The notes under the pieces: model-generated | Databases searched by the model: none | What the model was told of the DNA's origin: nothing | The model's input: the letters and a program-made list of their open reading frames with translations, nothing else | Translations under genes and position numbers: made by a program | DNA from: Mobula hypostoma | Lineage: Eukaryota | Direction of reading: 5' to 3' | Length of the DNA stretch: 64,000 nt | NCBI RefSeq assembly: GCF_963921235.1 | Contig: NC_086097.1 | Location: 9,300,001 to 9,364,000, forward strand | Shown here: one piece after another, positions 63,330 to 64,000 of the stretch | Layout: each line of letters opens with the position of its first letter | Position numbering within the stretch: position 1 is the first letter of the stretch

Positions 63330-64000
63330 TAGATTAGATGAGATTAGATTATAAGGAAACGCAGTCCTCTTTTATTGTCATTTAGTAATGCATGCATTAA
63401 GAAATGATACAATGTTCCTCTAGAATTATATCACAGAAACACAAGACAAACTGACTGAAAAACTGACAAAAACCAGATAATTATAGCATATAGTTACAAC
63501 AGTGCAAAGCAATATCGTAATTTGATCAAGAACAGACCATGGGCACGGTAAAAAAAAGTCTCAAAGTCTCTTGAAAGTCCCATCATCTCACGCAGATGGT
63601 AGAAGGAGGAAAAACTCTCCCTGCTATGAGCTTCCAGCACCGCAAACTTGCCGATGCAGCATCCTGGAAGCACCTGACCACAGCCGACTCTTGAGTCCGT
63701 CCGAAAACTTCGAGCCTCCAACCAGCCCTCCGACACCGAGAACCGAGCACCATCTCTGCCGAGCACTTCGACCCCGGCCCCGGCAACAGGCAATAGGCAA
63801 AGCCGAGGATTTAGGGCCTTCCCCTCCGGAGATTCTCGATCGCACAGTAGCAGCGGCAGCAAAGCGGGCATTTCAGAAGTTTCTCCAGATGTTCCTCTGT
63901 GCTTCTCACGTCTGTCTCCATCAAATCAGAACTGTGCACGGTTCCTACTTACAAATAAAATATCATTTCAGAGTGGCCGCACGCACTGCGTCGCACCGCC
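63330..64000 (-). mobile_element. CpG-rich non-coding retroelement, probably a LINE-derived non-autonomous element; runs off the window end
   Basis: (ATCTA)n-like tail and AATAAA at the left end, similar in layout to the Rex-type tails. CpG-rich body without RT motifs. Confidence 0.5.

Noticed and set aside
63494..63871. CpG-island-like promoter or coding region
   Set aside because: It sits inside a retroelement-like unit with a microsatellite tail. High CpG is better explained by a young insertion.

Overview
Vertebrate, non-coding, transposon-dense window. The repeat mix (CR1 with a zinc-finger/esterase ORF1, Rex1/Babar, L1/Tx1-like, RTE, Penelope GIY-YIG, V-domain tRNA SINEs, Tc1 and pogo/Tigger) suggests a cartilaginous fish such as a ray or shark; that assignment is inference. 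I find no host protein-coding exon, tRNA, rRNA or CRISPR array. Every recognisable ORF is a piece of a transposon protein. The best preserved are a Rex1-type RT (29890-31140, -), a Penelope GIY-YIG endonuclease (9689-9991, -) and a Tigger-type transposase N-terminal half (about 24618-25505, -). Features of most interest: (i) minimal hammerhead-ribozyme motifs at Penelope termini, one fully intact at 9359-9394; (ii) a recurrent ~500-600 bp non-autonomous element with a Tc1-type hairpin at each end and a LINE-tail-like passenger; (iii) five solo-LTR-like inserts, three with clean TSDs; (iv) deep nested insertion stacks. Repeat boundaries were read by eye and are approximate unless a TSD or TIR is quoted. 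Family names come from motif recognition, not from database searches.
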